Shown here: piece by piece, positions 15,746 through 22,603 of the stretch
How positions within the stretch are numbered: position 1 is the stretch's first letter
Layout of the letters: every line of letters starts with the position of its first letter
Source of the DNA: Nitrospirota bacterium
Lineage (GTDB): Bacteria > JACPQY01
DNA: 22,603 nucleotides
Direction: 5' to 3'
NCBI GenBank assembly: GCA_016180645.1
Contig: JACPAV010000006.1
Location: 124,001 to 146,603 of the forward strand
Program-made: the position numbers and the translations under genes
Notes under the pieces: model-generated
Told to the model about the DNA's origin: nothing
Databases searched by the model: none
The model's input: only the letters and a program-made list of their open reading frames with translations

Positions 15746-16459
15746 ATGATACGATGGCCGAAATGGGAGGTGTGTGTGGCGCACTGGGAAAACAGGCCGG
15801 AAGAGAATTGGAAGAAATTCAAATTCAACCAGCCGTATGAGAAGGGTCTGAAGCGGCTGAAGGAGGAAGTTCTCGCCAAAACCGATTTCGATCCGGCCAC
15901 GCTCTGGCAGTGGGGCACGATGCAGGCCATGGCGGTGATCCGCATTCTCAAGGACGTAGAAGCGGCGTTTGGCGCGAAGGGACAGGAAATCGTCGGCGAG
16001 GCAATCCGCAAGATCGGGCTCGATGTCGGCCGCCAGATTGTGATGGGCTTCACGCGACCGGCCGGGGTCACGGATGAAGAGCTGCTCAGTTTCTACGCCA
16101 CCGTCATCAATCGAATCGCCTACGCCTCCCTCGAGGATCCCAAGATCGACGGCAAGGGCAAAGTCAGTTTCCATATCGTCTGGTGTCCCCACCAAGACCA
16201 CTACAAGGCGTTCGACTGCCGCGTGCAGCGGTACTTCGTTCAGGGAATGATGGACGCCCTGCGGGAGTTGGGCGAGGACCAAGGCTGGCAGGTGAAGTTC
16301 ACTCAGACGATCCCCGCCGGCGCGGAAACCTGCCATTTCGAAATCTGGAAAGCCACGGAGCAGGAGAGGACCGACTGGGCGATGTACACCGAGGCTCTCG
16401 AAAAACGCGCGCTGGAGGTTGCCGCCGAGAAAAAAGCGGCCGGAGCTTCCCGCGATTGA
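15746..16459 (+). CDS. Hypothetical protein of the L-2-amino-thiazoline-4-carboxylate hydrolase / V4R-like fold
   Basis: Helical N-terminus (vEAAFGAKGQEIVGEAIRKIG..VG), then CPH..C and the closing TQTIPAGAETCHFEI motif characteristic of ATC_hydrolase/V4R-like proteins. Codon usage is host-like. Confidence 0.65.
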   Translation: MIRWPKWEVCVAHWENRPEENWKKFKFNQPYEKGLKRLKEEVLAKTDFDPATLWQWGTMQAMAVIRILKDVEAAFGAKGQEIVGEAIRKIGLDVGRQIVMGFTRPAGVTDEELLSFYATVINRIAYASLEDPKIDGKGKVSFHIVWCPHQDHYKAFDCRVQRYFVQGMMDALRELGEDQGWQVKFTQTIPAGAETCHFEIWKATEQERTDWAMYTEALEKRALEVAAEKKAAGASRD

Positions 16460-16500
16460 CCGAGTAACGTATTTCTTGGGGACGTTCTTGACATTAGACA

Positions 16501-16767
16501 TTACAGGTTGCGATACGCTTCTTTTCGGTGACGGATTCGCGTAAGGATAATTGTCTTCGACGCGTCGTCGATTTCATAGATGACTCGGTAGTCTCCCGAC
16601 CGCAACCGATACACCTTATCAGATCCCTGGAGCTTCTGTACGCCGGCCGGGCGCGGACTCACGGCAAGGGTTCCGATCCTTCCATCCACCTGCTTTTGAA
16701 TCTGCTTGGGGAGAGACGAGAACTCCGCCATCGCTGAGCCGCGAAATCCAATGGCGTGCAATCGCAC
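16501..16767 (-). CDS. relE: Type II toxin, RelE/ParE family
   Basis: PRPAGVQKLQG..YRLRSGDYRVIYEIDD....I...IRHRKEAYR is a canonical RelE signature. Confidence 0.93.
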   Translation of the reverse strand: MRLHAIGFRGSAMAEFSSLPKQIQKQVDGRIGTLAVSPRPAGVQKLQGSDKVYRLRSGDYRVIYEIDDASKTIILTRIRHRKEAYRNL

Positions 16768-16773
16768 GCCTCG

Positions 16774-16959
16774 TCACGCTAGACCGAGTCGACGTCGAAC
16801 CTCAGTGTATGGAATAACCGACTCTCTGGAACGGCGACGAACCACGGCCAAGTCCGCACGGTCTTCGAGCAACCGGAGCAGACGTTCGTACCGGCCAAGA
16901 GGCATGACCACGTGTTTGCGTCCCCTTCGATCCGTAACAACCCTGACCCCAACTGACAT
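16774..16959 (-). CDS. Putative cognate antitoxin of RelE
   Basis: 61 aa, immediately upstream of relE. The VVMPLxxYExLLxxLEDxxD...IPxxEVxxxLG pattern is common in RelE-associated antitoxins. Confidence 0.8.
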   Translation of the reverse strand: MSVGVRVVTDRRGRKHVVMPLGRYERLLRLLEDRADLAVVRRRSRESVIPYTEVRRRLGLA

Positions 16960-16965
16960 GATTGC

Positions 16966-16993
16966 ATTATAGCCTCCTCCCGAATGGGCGCAA
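16966..16993 (-). promoter_or_regulatory. Promoter of the antitoxin-relE operon
   Basis: The minus strand reads TTGCGC-16 nt-TATAAT-6 nt-ATG. Confidence 0.65.
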
Positions 16994-17225
16994 ACACCCG
17001 TCCCCGGCGAATATGGCTTTCGGATTGGGGGCGTAACCCTGGGGACCGCACGAGTTCGAGGGTCTCCGGCTCAATAACCGTCGTTTTCGGCCTTTCCGCA
17101 CTCCTCGGCTCATCGATCCCACACGGACAGTATGTCTCTCGACTGATTCCGTGCCGGCTCCGACCGACCTCGCGACTTCTGATCACCTCAAGTTCACCAC
17201 AGAAAACCAAGGTACCGACTGGATG

Positions 17226-17234
17226 TGCTATAAT
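17226..17234 (+). promoter_or_regulatory. Extended -10 promoter of the Phd-PIN operon
   Basis: Perfect TGcTATAAT, 13 nt before the ATG at 17248. Confidence 0.7.
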
Positions 17235-17247
17235 TCGATTTACGAAG

Positions 17248-17532
17248 ATGGAACTGAAAATATCAGCAGCGAAGGCGAAGCAAGGTTTTGAGAATGTTCT
17301 CAATCGTGTAGCGTCTGGCGGCGACGAGTATGTGATCGAGCGAGGGGGGAGGGCGGTTGCCGCCCTTGTGCCCGTTGAGAGGCTGAAGCAGGTGAGGAAA
17401 GCGGCCCGCCTGCGTCTCCTCGAGATCCTCAAGAGGAATCAAGAGGCCAACCGGTTCGCGGCCCCGACTGAGACTGAGCGCCTTGTGAATGAAGCCGTGG
17501 CCCATGCCCGAGCGAGTCGGCGGGACAGCTAG
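17248..17532 (+). CDS. Phd/YefM-family antitoxin
   Basis: ISAAKAKQGFENVLNRV..GDEYVIERGGRAVAALVPVE is the Phd/YefM fold motif. The track start at 16984 is an over-extension. Confidence 0.88.
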   Translation: MELKISAAKAKQGFENVLNRVASGGDEYVIERGGRAVAALVPVERLKQVRKAARLRLLEILKRNQEANRFAAPTETERLVNEAVAHARASRRDS

Positions 17533-17553
17533 ACTCGGCATCATCCACGACCA

Positions 17554-17982
17554 TTGCCAGTCGTACTCGACGCAAACGTGTACGTAAGCTCGCTCCTCCA
17601 GCCCATGGGCCCCTCTGCCGAGATCTTTCGTTTGCTTCTTATGGAAAACGCTTTCGAACTCGTGGTTTCGCCTGGCATCTTGGACGAGATCAGGCGTGCC
17701 CCGGGCTACCCTCGTGTCAAGAAGAGGCTGAAGTCCGGCCAGAAGGAAATCGAAGAATACCTCCTATCTCTTGAAATACTCTCCTCGGTTGTGAGGCCGA
17801 GCGCGATCCCGGAGGTGCTGGATACGGATCCGGACGACAACCAGTATTTGGCCTGCGCGAAGGAAGGGGGCGCGGAATTCATCGTCTCCGGCGATTCACA
17901 CTTGCTGGAGCTGAAGGAATTCGAGGGTGTAAAGATCGTGACCCCGCGAGATTTCATCACGCTCCTGAATTCGGCAAGGTAA
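17554..17982 (+). CDS. PIN-domain putative toxin (PIN_3-like)
   Basis: VVLDANV, ILDEI, DPDDN..LACA and IVSGDSHLL carry the acidic PIN active-site residues. TTG start codon. Confidence 0.9.
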   Translation: MPVVLDANVYVSSLLQPMGPSAEIFRLLLMENAFELVVSPGILDEIRRAPGYPRVKKRLKSGQKEIEEYLLSLEILSSVVRPSAIPEVLDTDPDDNQYLACAKEGGAEFIVSGDSHLLELKEFEGVKIVTPRDFITLLNSAR

Positions 17983-18189
17983 ATCTTGGCCGTGCGGAGA
18001 GGCGGCGTTTTTCTCACGGAGAAAGTCCCCGCTGGAGAGTGTTGAAATGACACGAGACAAGAACGGGCCCCGGACTCCCTCGTTCCCCCACTTACTTGCG
18101 CCGAGCGCGATCCGTTACTAACAGACCCCATGTCGTTTACATGCAATCAAAAGAGTTCGTCCATTGTTTCAACGGTGACCCAAGATAAT

Positions 18190-18327
18190 ACGCACGCACT
18201 CGATTTCATCGGAGTGGACGCGTATTTCCCACTCACGAATTCGCGCGAGGCCGCCTATGAGCAGATCTTCGCCGGCTGGGGAAAGCATGCCGCGGAGGTC
18301 CTCAAGACTTTTTTCACCGCGCCATGA
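18190..18327 (+). pseudogene. Internal fragment of a glycoside hydrolase family 113-like TIM-barrel gene
   Basis: ALDFIGVDAYFPL.......EQIFAGW resembles the conserved GH113 segment (WDxLDxIGxDAYxPL). Only about 45 codons remain, lacking both termini. Confidence 0.6.
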
Positions 18328-19013
18328 AACCCGGACCCTCGACCACCGACGCCGAAGCCGAACGCCATGTGGGCCAAATCGCCGGCGAGCTTTCCCGCCG
18401 TTCCTTCCTCTTCGGCGTCGCAGCATCCGCCTGCGGTTTCGCCTGCATGGCCGGGACCGGCTGTGCCCGAATCGATCCAAGACTTCCCGGAATCGACAGA
18501 GACGCCGCGGGAAAACTCGGCAAGGCCACCTATGCCCGGCTTCACGCGCTCGCCGACACGGTGCTGCCTTCTCGCGAGGAGGCCCCCTTCGATGCCGCTT
18601 CCTTGGGCGTGGCGGAGCGCCTGTCCGCCATGTTTGTCTCACAGGGACGGCGAATGCCGATGGTCATCCGTGGCGCGATGTTCATACTGGAGTATCTGCC
18701 GCTCGTGACCGATCGCAGCGGTGCGGCCTTCTCTCGTTGTTCGCGTGAGAAACGACAAACGATCCTCCGGGCGTGGCTGGATTCGCGGTCCCGCCTCAGA
18801 AGGCTCATCGCGTCCTCGATGCGAAAAGCCGTCATGTTCTCCGCCTATTCGCATCCTGACACGTGGTCCATGATCGGATACGGTGGCCCTTGGGTATCAG
18901 CCGACCGTCCCCCCACATCGGTCCACCCTCTCGGCATGGGCGTCTCGCCCGATTCCATCTCTGCGCGTTCCAATGATCCGGGGCGGCTCGAATGGGGGTC
19001 CTTGCTTCGATGA
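18324..19013 (+). CDS. Tat-signal protein, gluconate 2-dehydrogenase subunit 3 (gamma)-like partner of the GMC enzyme
   Basis: LSRRSFLFG Tat motif and the L.ALADTVLP, F...S.E.R..IL..W and AYS.P..W..IGYGGPW motifs. Its stop overlaps the GMC start (ATGA). Confidence 0.7.
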   Translation: MKPGPSTTDAEAERHVGQIAGELSRRSFLFGVAASACGFACMAGTGCARIDPRLPGIDRDAAGKLGKATYARLHALADTVLPSREEAPFDAASLGVAERLSAMFVSQGRRMPMVIRGAMFILEYLPLVTDRSGAAFSRCSREKRQTILRAWLDSRSRLRRLIASSMRKAVMFSAYSHPDTWSMIGYGGPWVSADRPPTSVHPLGMGVSPDSISARSNDPGRLEWGSLLR

Positions 19014-20515
19014 ATCGGATTATCGATGGCCGGTCCACCGACTTCGAGCGGGAAATCCGATGCGAGTTCGCCGTGATCGGCACCGGTGCGGCCGGCAGCG
19101 TTGCGGCTCGAATTCTCGCCGCAGCGGGAAAAAACGTTCTCATGATCGAGGCCGGGCCGTTTGTAACTGAGAAGGGGTTCAATCAGCGGGAGGATGAGAT
19201 GTACGGCCTTCTCTACGTGAACCATGGGACGCAGGCCACGGTGGACGGTCTGATCGGCGTTGCGCAGGGGAGATGTGTCGGCGGATCGACGGTCATCAAC
19301 GGGGGAGATCTGGAACCGACCGCCCAGCCCGTGTTCGAGTATTGGAGAAGGCATCACGACCTCGAACCGTGGAACTATGCCGAGTGGCACGCGGCGGAGC
19401 AGAGGGTGATGGCCGCGATCGGAGCCAACAGGATTCCGGATGCGCTCGTGACGCCGGATGCGCGCGTGCTCTTGCATGGTGCCTCATCGCTCGGATGGAA
19501 GGGCGGCATTTTCATGAACAATCGGGTGGGCTGTGTGGGAGCCGGCGCCTGCCTGATCGGTTGCTCGTACAACGCGAAGCGGAGCGCGCTCATCACCTAT
19601 GTTCCTCAAGCCTTGTCGGATGGAGCACGGCTGCTTCACCACGCCCCGGTCGAGTCGATCCGCCCCGATCAGGCCGGCTTCGAAATTCAGATCGGCACTC
19701 CACTTCCCGTCAGGGTCCATGCCGACCAGATCGTGTGCGCCGCCGGCGCGATCCAAACGCCCATCCTGCTCGAAAAGAGCGGGCTGGGTGACCGATCCGG
19801 ATACGCCGGCAAACACCTCAGTCTCCAACCGCAGGTTCCCGTTCTCGCGCGTTTTCGCGAGCCCGTGGGATCGTTCTACGGCATTCCGCAGATCGCCTAT
19901 GTAGACGAGTTTGAAACGGCCACGGAGGACGCCGGCTACGGCGGCTTTCGATTGGAGTCCGCCTCGCCCGGACCGGGCGCGGCGGCGGCGCTACTACCCG
20001 GCATAGGAATCGGCCACCTGCGCGATCTCTCACAGTTCGACCACTACGCAGCCTGCATGGTGCTTGTGCCGGACAAGCCCGCGGGCTCGGTTCAGCCCGG
20101 CATCGGGAGCCGGGCGGCCATCCGGTACCCGCTATCGGAGGATGTTGTCAGCCGAATGCGGATGGGCATGAAGGCTGCCGCGCGGGCGTATTTCGAGGCG
20201 GGTGCCGTGGAGATCCTCCTCCCATGGGAGGATCGCCCCCGCCGCGCGGCTGATCTCTGGGCCGCGGAGGCAATGATCGCATCGGTTAAGTTCGAAGGTG
20301 GACGTGTCCACCTAATCAGCGCCCACCCGCAAGGCACAACGCGGGCAGCGAGGCGCCCCGACCGCGGCGTGGTCAATGAATGGGGCGAGCACCATCAGGT
20401 GAAAGGCCTCCACGTTCTCGATGCCGGGATTTTCCCAACAACGTCGAGCAGCCACACGATGGTTCCCATCATGGCCGCCGCCGACATGTTGGCGAGGCGG
20501 ATGGTTGGGACTTGA
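19010..20515 (+). CDS. GMC-family FAD oxidoreductase
   Basis: VIGTGAAG FAD fingerprint, IEAG, GRCVGGSTVIN, AGAIQTP.LL.SG, catalytic-region HPQG and DAGIFPT motifs. The start is taken at the ATG at 19010 overlapping the upstream TGA. Confidence 0.93.
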   Translation: MNRIIDGRSTDFEREIRCEFAVIGTGAAGSVAARILAAAGKNVLMIEAGPFVTEKGFNQREDEMYGLLYVNHGTQATVDGLIGVAQGRCVGGSTVINGGDLEPTAQPVFEYWRRHHDLEPWNYAEWHAAEQRVMAAIGANRIPDALVTPDARVLLHGASSLGWKGGIFMNNRVGCVGAGACLIGCSYNAKRSALITYVPQALSDGARLLHHAPVESIRPDQAGFEIQIGTPLPVRVHADQIVCAAGAIQTPILLEKSGLGDRSGYAGKHLSLQPQVPVLARFREPVGSFYGIPQIAYVDEFETATEDAGYGGFRLESASPGPGAAAALLPGIGIGHLRDLSQFDHYAACMVLVPDKPAGSVQPGIGSRAAIRYPLSEDVVSRMRMGMKAAARAYFEAGAVEILLPWEDRPRRAADLWAAEAMIASVKFEGGRVHLISAHPQGTTRAARRPDRGVVNEWGEHHQVKGLHVLDAGIFPTTSSSHTMVPIMAAADMLARRMVGT

Positions 20516-20567
20516 GTTCGATCGCCGCCGGGTACTACCGGGCTTTTTTCGAAAACGTATTTCTCCG

Positions 20568-20622
20568 GTAGCCGCAGGCTTTAGCCTGCGTCCGAAGACG
20601 CACCCTCAAAGGGTGCGACTAC
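20568..20622. repeat. GTAG-family REP doublet (REPIN-like inverted pair)
   Basis: GTAGC-CGCAGGCT-TT-AGCCTGCG, an 8-nt spacer, then CGCACCCT-CAA-AGGGTGCG-ACTAC (an inverted GTAG REP). Confidence 0.85.
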
Positions 20623-20662
20623 CAAGAAATCGCTCGAAAACCACAGGGTTTTCAAACAAATC

Positions 20663-21493
20663 CTAGCCGGGAGAAGTCATCGCGGTGCCCGTTCTTGGAG
20701 ATCCCTTCCCTCCTGCGTTGTCGAGCACCCGAAGAAATTCCCGGGCGAATCGATTCGCATCACCCGGCCAGCGGGCCGAAACGTAGTTCCCATCCACCAC
20801 GGCGAAACCGCGCTCGGGCCTTGAGGCTGAATCCCGCCGGAGGCTCATCGGGCCGCGGATAAAATCGTCGCGACTCTTCAGCACGGATCGAACTTCGTCC
20901 TCCACCGGCGTCGGGTATGTCCTTATGTAATTTCCGAGCCACGCCGCTGTGATGGCCCACCCGGACAGCTCCATGCTCTTGAGCAGGGCCGTCGTTTTCC
21001 GGCCGTAGAGCACCGAGCGCCCCGTCTTCGGTGAGACCACGCGCGCAGGAATGAGAACGCCGTGACAGATGGCTCCCGCGGGTTTGTCGGCTTCGAAAAA
21101 ATGCGCCACTCGCTTCTGGAGTTCGGGGGATTCCAGATACGGCTTCATTCCCGGCGCGTGTCCACCGGGAAGGATCAGCCCGTCGAAGGCGTCCGGAGCG
21201 ATTTGCTCGTAAGAAATGGGACTCCCGAATGCGGGGTCTTTTTCCAGCCGACCGTACAGCTCCCGCCCTTCTTCGCGCGCCGCGAGGAACGGCTTGAAGG
21301 GCCCGAATCCCTTTCCAGTCAGAACGCGCGGATCGGCGTGTCCGCGCTTCCCCGAAGGCGTGGCGAACTTCACCTCATACCCGGCCGCCGTGAGCACACT
21401 CCACGGCACGGATACTTCTGTCGGATCAAAGTCCGACTCGGGCAACGCCATCAAAACCACGGTGTCAGAGATAGCACGGCGGAAGATTCTCAC
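20663..21493 (-). CDS. DJ-1/PfpI family (type 1 glutamine amidotransferase-like) protein
   Basis: DFDPTEVSVPW, LPGGH, nucleophile elbow AICHG and YVSARWPGD motifs. Confidence 0.92.
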   Translation of the reverse strand: MRIFRRAISDTVVLMALPESDFDPTEVSVPWSVLTAAGYEVKFATPSGKRGHADPRVLTGKGFGPFKPFLAAREEGRELYGRLEKDPAFGSPISYEQIAPDAFDGLILPGGHAPGMKPYLESPELQKRVAHFFEADKPAGAICHGVLIPARVVSPKTGRSVLYGRKTTALLKSMELSGWAITAAWLGNYIRTYPTPVEDEVRSVLKSRDDFIRGPMSLRRDSASRPERGFAVVDGNYVSARWPGDANRFAREFLRVLDNAGGKGSPRTGTAMTSPG

Positions 21494-21514
21494 GCAAACA
21501 GCCTCGGACAGCCA

Positions 21515-21551
21515 TTGACATCATGATGCATAGTATGTAGCATCATGATGT
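21515..21551 (+). promoter_or_regulatory. vapBC promoter with a double-palindrome operator
   Basis: TTGACA (21515-21520), 17 nt, TAGCAT (21538-21543), 6 nt, then GTG. It is overlapped by the perfect inverted repeat ACATCATGATGC-10 nt-GCATCATGATGT. Confidence 0.85.
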
Positions 21552-21795
21552 GCGAACGACGCTGACCCTCGATCAGGACGTGGCGGCCAAGCTGAAGTCC
21601 CGCGCCCGTCGCCTCGGGAAACCCTTCAAGGAGGTGGTGAACGAGGTCCTGCGGACGGGCTTCGCCTCTGAGAAACCCCCGGGTCCCCTCCCGCCCTTCG
21701 AGGTGAAGACCCGGTCTATGGGGCTGCGCTCCGGAATCAGCCTGGACAACATTTCGGAACTCCTCGAACAGATCGAGGGGCCGTCGCACAAGTGA
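21550..21795 (+). CDS. vapB: VapB-type RHH/CopG-like antitoxin
   Basis: MRTTLTLDQDV..L...A...G..FKEVVNEVLR.G N-terminus. Its stop overlaps the vapC start (GTGA). Confidence 0.85.
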   Translation: MRTTLTLDQDVAAKLKSRARRLGKPFKEVVNEVLRTGFASEKPPGPLPPFEVKTRSMGLRSGISLDNISELLEQIEGPSHK

Positions 21796-22238
21796 TCCTC
21801 GTAGACGCGAACCTCCTCCTGTACGCCTATGACGCGGGCTCGGAACACCACGAACGAGCACGGGCGTGGTGGGAGGAAGTCCTTTCGTCGCCGTCCCCGA
21901 TCCGTGTGGCCTGGATCACGCTTGTGGCTTTCATCCGAATCGGCACGCATCCCCGTGTCTTCATCCAACCCCTCAGCATCGAGGAGGCAATTGGCCACGT
22001 GTCAGCGTGGATGGCGCGGCCCATGTTCGGCGCTCTGGAGCCGGGAGACGGTCACTGGGAAATCTACGCGCGCCTCCTGAAGGAATCGCAGTCCGGCGCC
22101 AATCTCGCCCCCGACGCCCACGTCGCCGCGCTGGCGCTCGAACACGGGGCGGCTCTGGCTACCACCGACCGGGATTTCCAACGCTTCCCCGGTCTCAAGA
22201 CCCTCAATCCGCTCAATCCCACCCGTCCACTTCCGTAA
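21792..22238 (+). CDS. vapC: VapC PIN-domain ribonuclease toxin
   Basis: MILVDANLLLYA, HHERARAW, ANLAPDAHVAALALEHG and TTDRDFQRFPGL..NPL motifs. Confidence 0.93.
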   Translation: MILVDANLLLYAYDAGSEHHERARAWWEEVLSSPSPIRVAWITLVAFIRIGTHPRVFIQPLSIEEAIGHVSAWMARPMFGALEPGDGHWEIYARLLKESQSGANLAPDAHVAALALEHGAALATTDRDFQRFPGLKTLNPLNPTRPLP

Positions 22239-22261
22239 GTTGAGGGAAGGGACTCGACTGC

Positions 22262-22504
22262 TCAAGCGGCAGCGGCGGGGACTCGGGCATGAACGGAGTG
22301 GACGAACCCGTCCTGCGGTAGGGGCTTCCCTCGCCTCATAAGAGTCCGCAAATAGAGTTCAACGGCCTCCTGTGCATTGGCGAGTGCTTCTTCAAATGTG
22401 CCGCCCTCGGTAACGCACCCCTCCAAGGCGGGGAAGACTACCGTGTAGCCGCCCTCCGGCTGGGAAAGGAAGTGGGCCACGTATTGCATGACGGTCGCCG
22501 TCAT
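22262..22504 (-). CDS. hicB: HicB-family antitoxin (short form, no obvious DNA-binding domain)
   Basis: EGGYTVVFPALEGCVTEGGTFEEALANAQEAVELYL is the HicB partial RNase H fold motif. The start is the ATG at 22504 or 22489; the track's TTG at 22570 is a TTGACA -35 box. Confidence 0.9.
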   Translation of the reverse strand: MTATVMQYVAHFLSQPEGGYTVVFPALEGCVTEGGTFEEALANAQEAVELYLRTLMRRGKPLPQDGFVHSVHARVPAAAA

Positions 22505-22603
22505 TCGGAGCTTACCCCCATCGTTTGGACAGATTTCAGCCAAAGTTAAGCTATAGGAATTCTTTGTCAAGTTCTTGATTTCTTGGTCCCCCGCCTTCCT
22601 GGG

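Noticed and set aside
16466-16500. Short motifs shared with other spacers (AACGTATTTCT also near 20554; ATTTCTTGG also near 22578) and a GACATTA duplication
   Set aside because: Matches of 7-11 bp in AT-richer spacers are too short to support a repeat family without a genome-wide count.
16994-17225. N-terminal extension of the Phd antitoxin or a separate gene between the two TA operons
   Set aside because: A perfect extended -10 lies just before the ATG at 17248. The region has no recognisable motif in any frame; it may be decayed coding DNA but that cannot be supported.
18036-18176. Possible MITE bounded by GTTGAAA ... TTTCAAC
   Set aside because: Only a 7-bp inverted match with no target duplication evident, which is compatible with chance.
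14500-22603. Integron cassette array, suggested by many small genes and TA modules
   Set aside because: Gene orientations are mixed, no RYYYAAC...GTTRRRY attC structures were found after stop codons, and there is no integrase.

Overview
GC-rich bacterial chromosomal window; no rRNA, tRNA, CRISPR array, integrase or transposase was recognised. The left part (1-14.4 kb, all on the minus strand) carries, in transcription order: an aldehyde dehydrogenase, a DUF2889 protein and a small basic protein; an Alternative Complex III (ACIII)-type respiratory operon; a three-gene phosphorelay; and a truncated isoprenylcysteine carboxyl methyltransferase-family gene. The ACIII operon is actA-actB-actC-actD-actF, lacks the cytochrome actE, and its ActB keeps a full N-terminal CxxCxxxC-x27-C motif. 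The phosphorelay is a hybrid PAS histidine kinase, a stand-alone receiver and an Hpt-REC-GGDEF-REC diguanylate cyclase. The right part (14.5-22.6 kb) is an accessory-looking patchwork: an XRE regulator with a divergent small ORF, a heptad-repeat coiled-coil protein with a 21-bp tandem array, an ATC-hydrolase/V4R-like protein, three complete type II toxin-antitoxin pairs plus an orphan HicB, a GH113-like gene fragment, a Tat subunit plus GMC oxidoreductase pair, a DJ-1/PfpI protein and a GTAG-REP doublet inside MITE-like ends. Many genes there have sigma70-like -10 boxes only 5-8 nt before the start codon, suggesting leaderless mRNAs. The best candidate for an unusual system is the ActE-less, FS0-retaining ACIII variant and its possible link to the c-di-GMP phosphorelay through a structured leader. 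All family calls come from motif recognition by eye, not from database searches.
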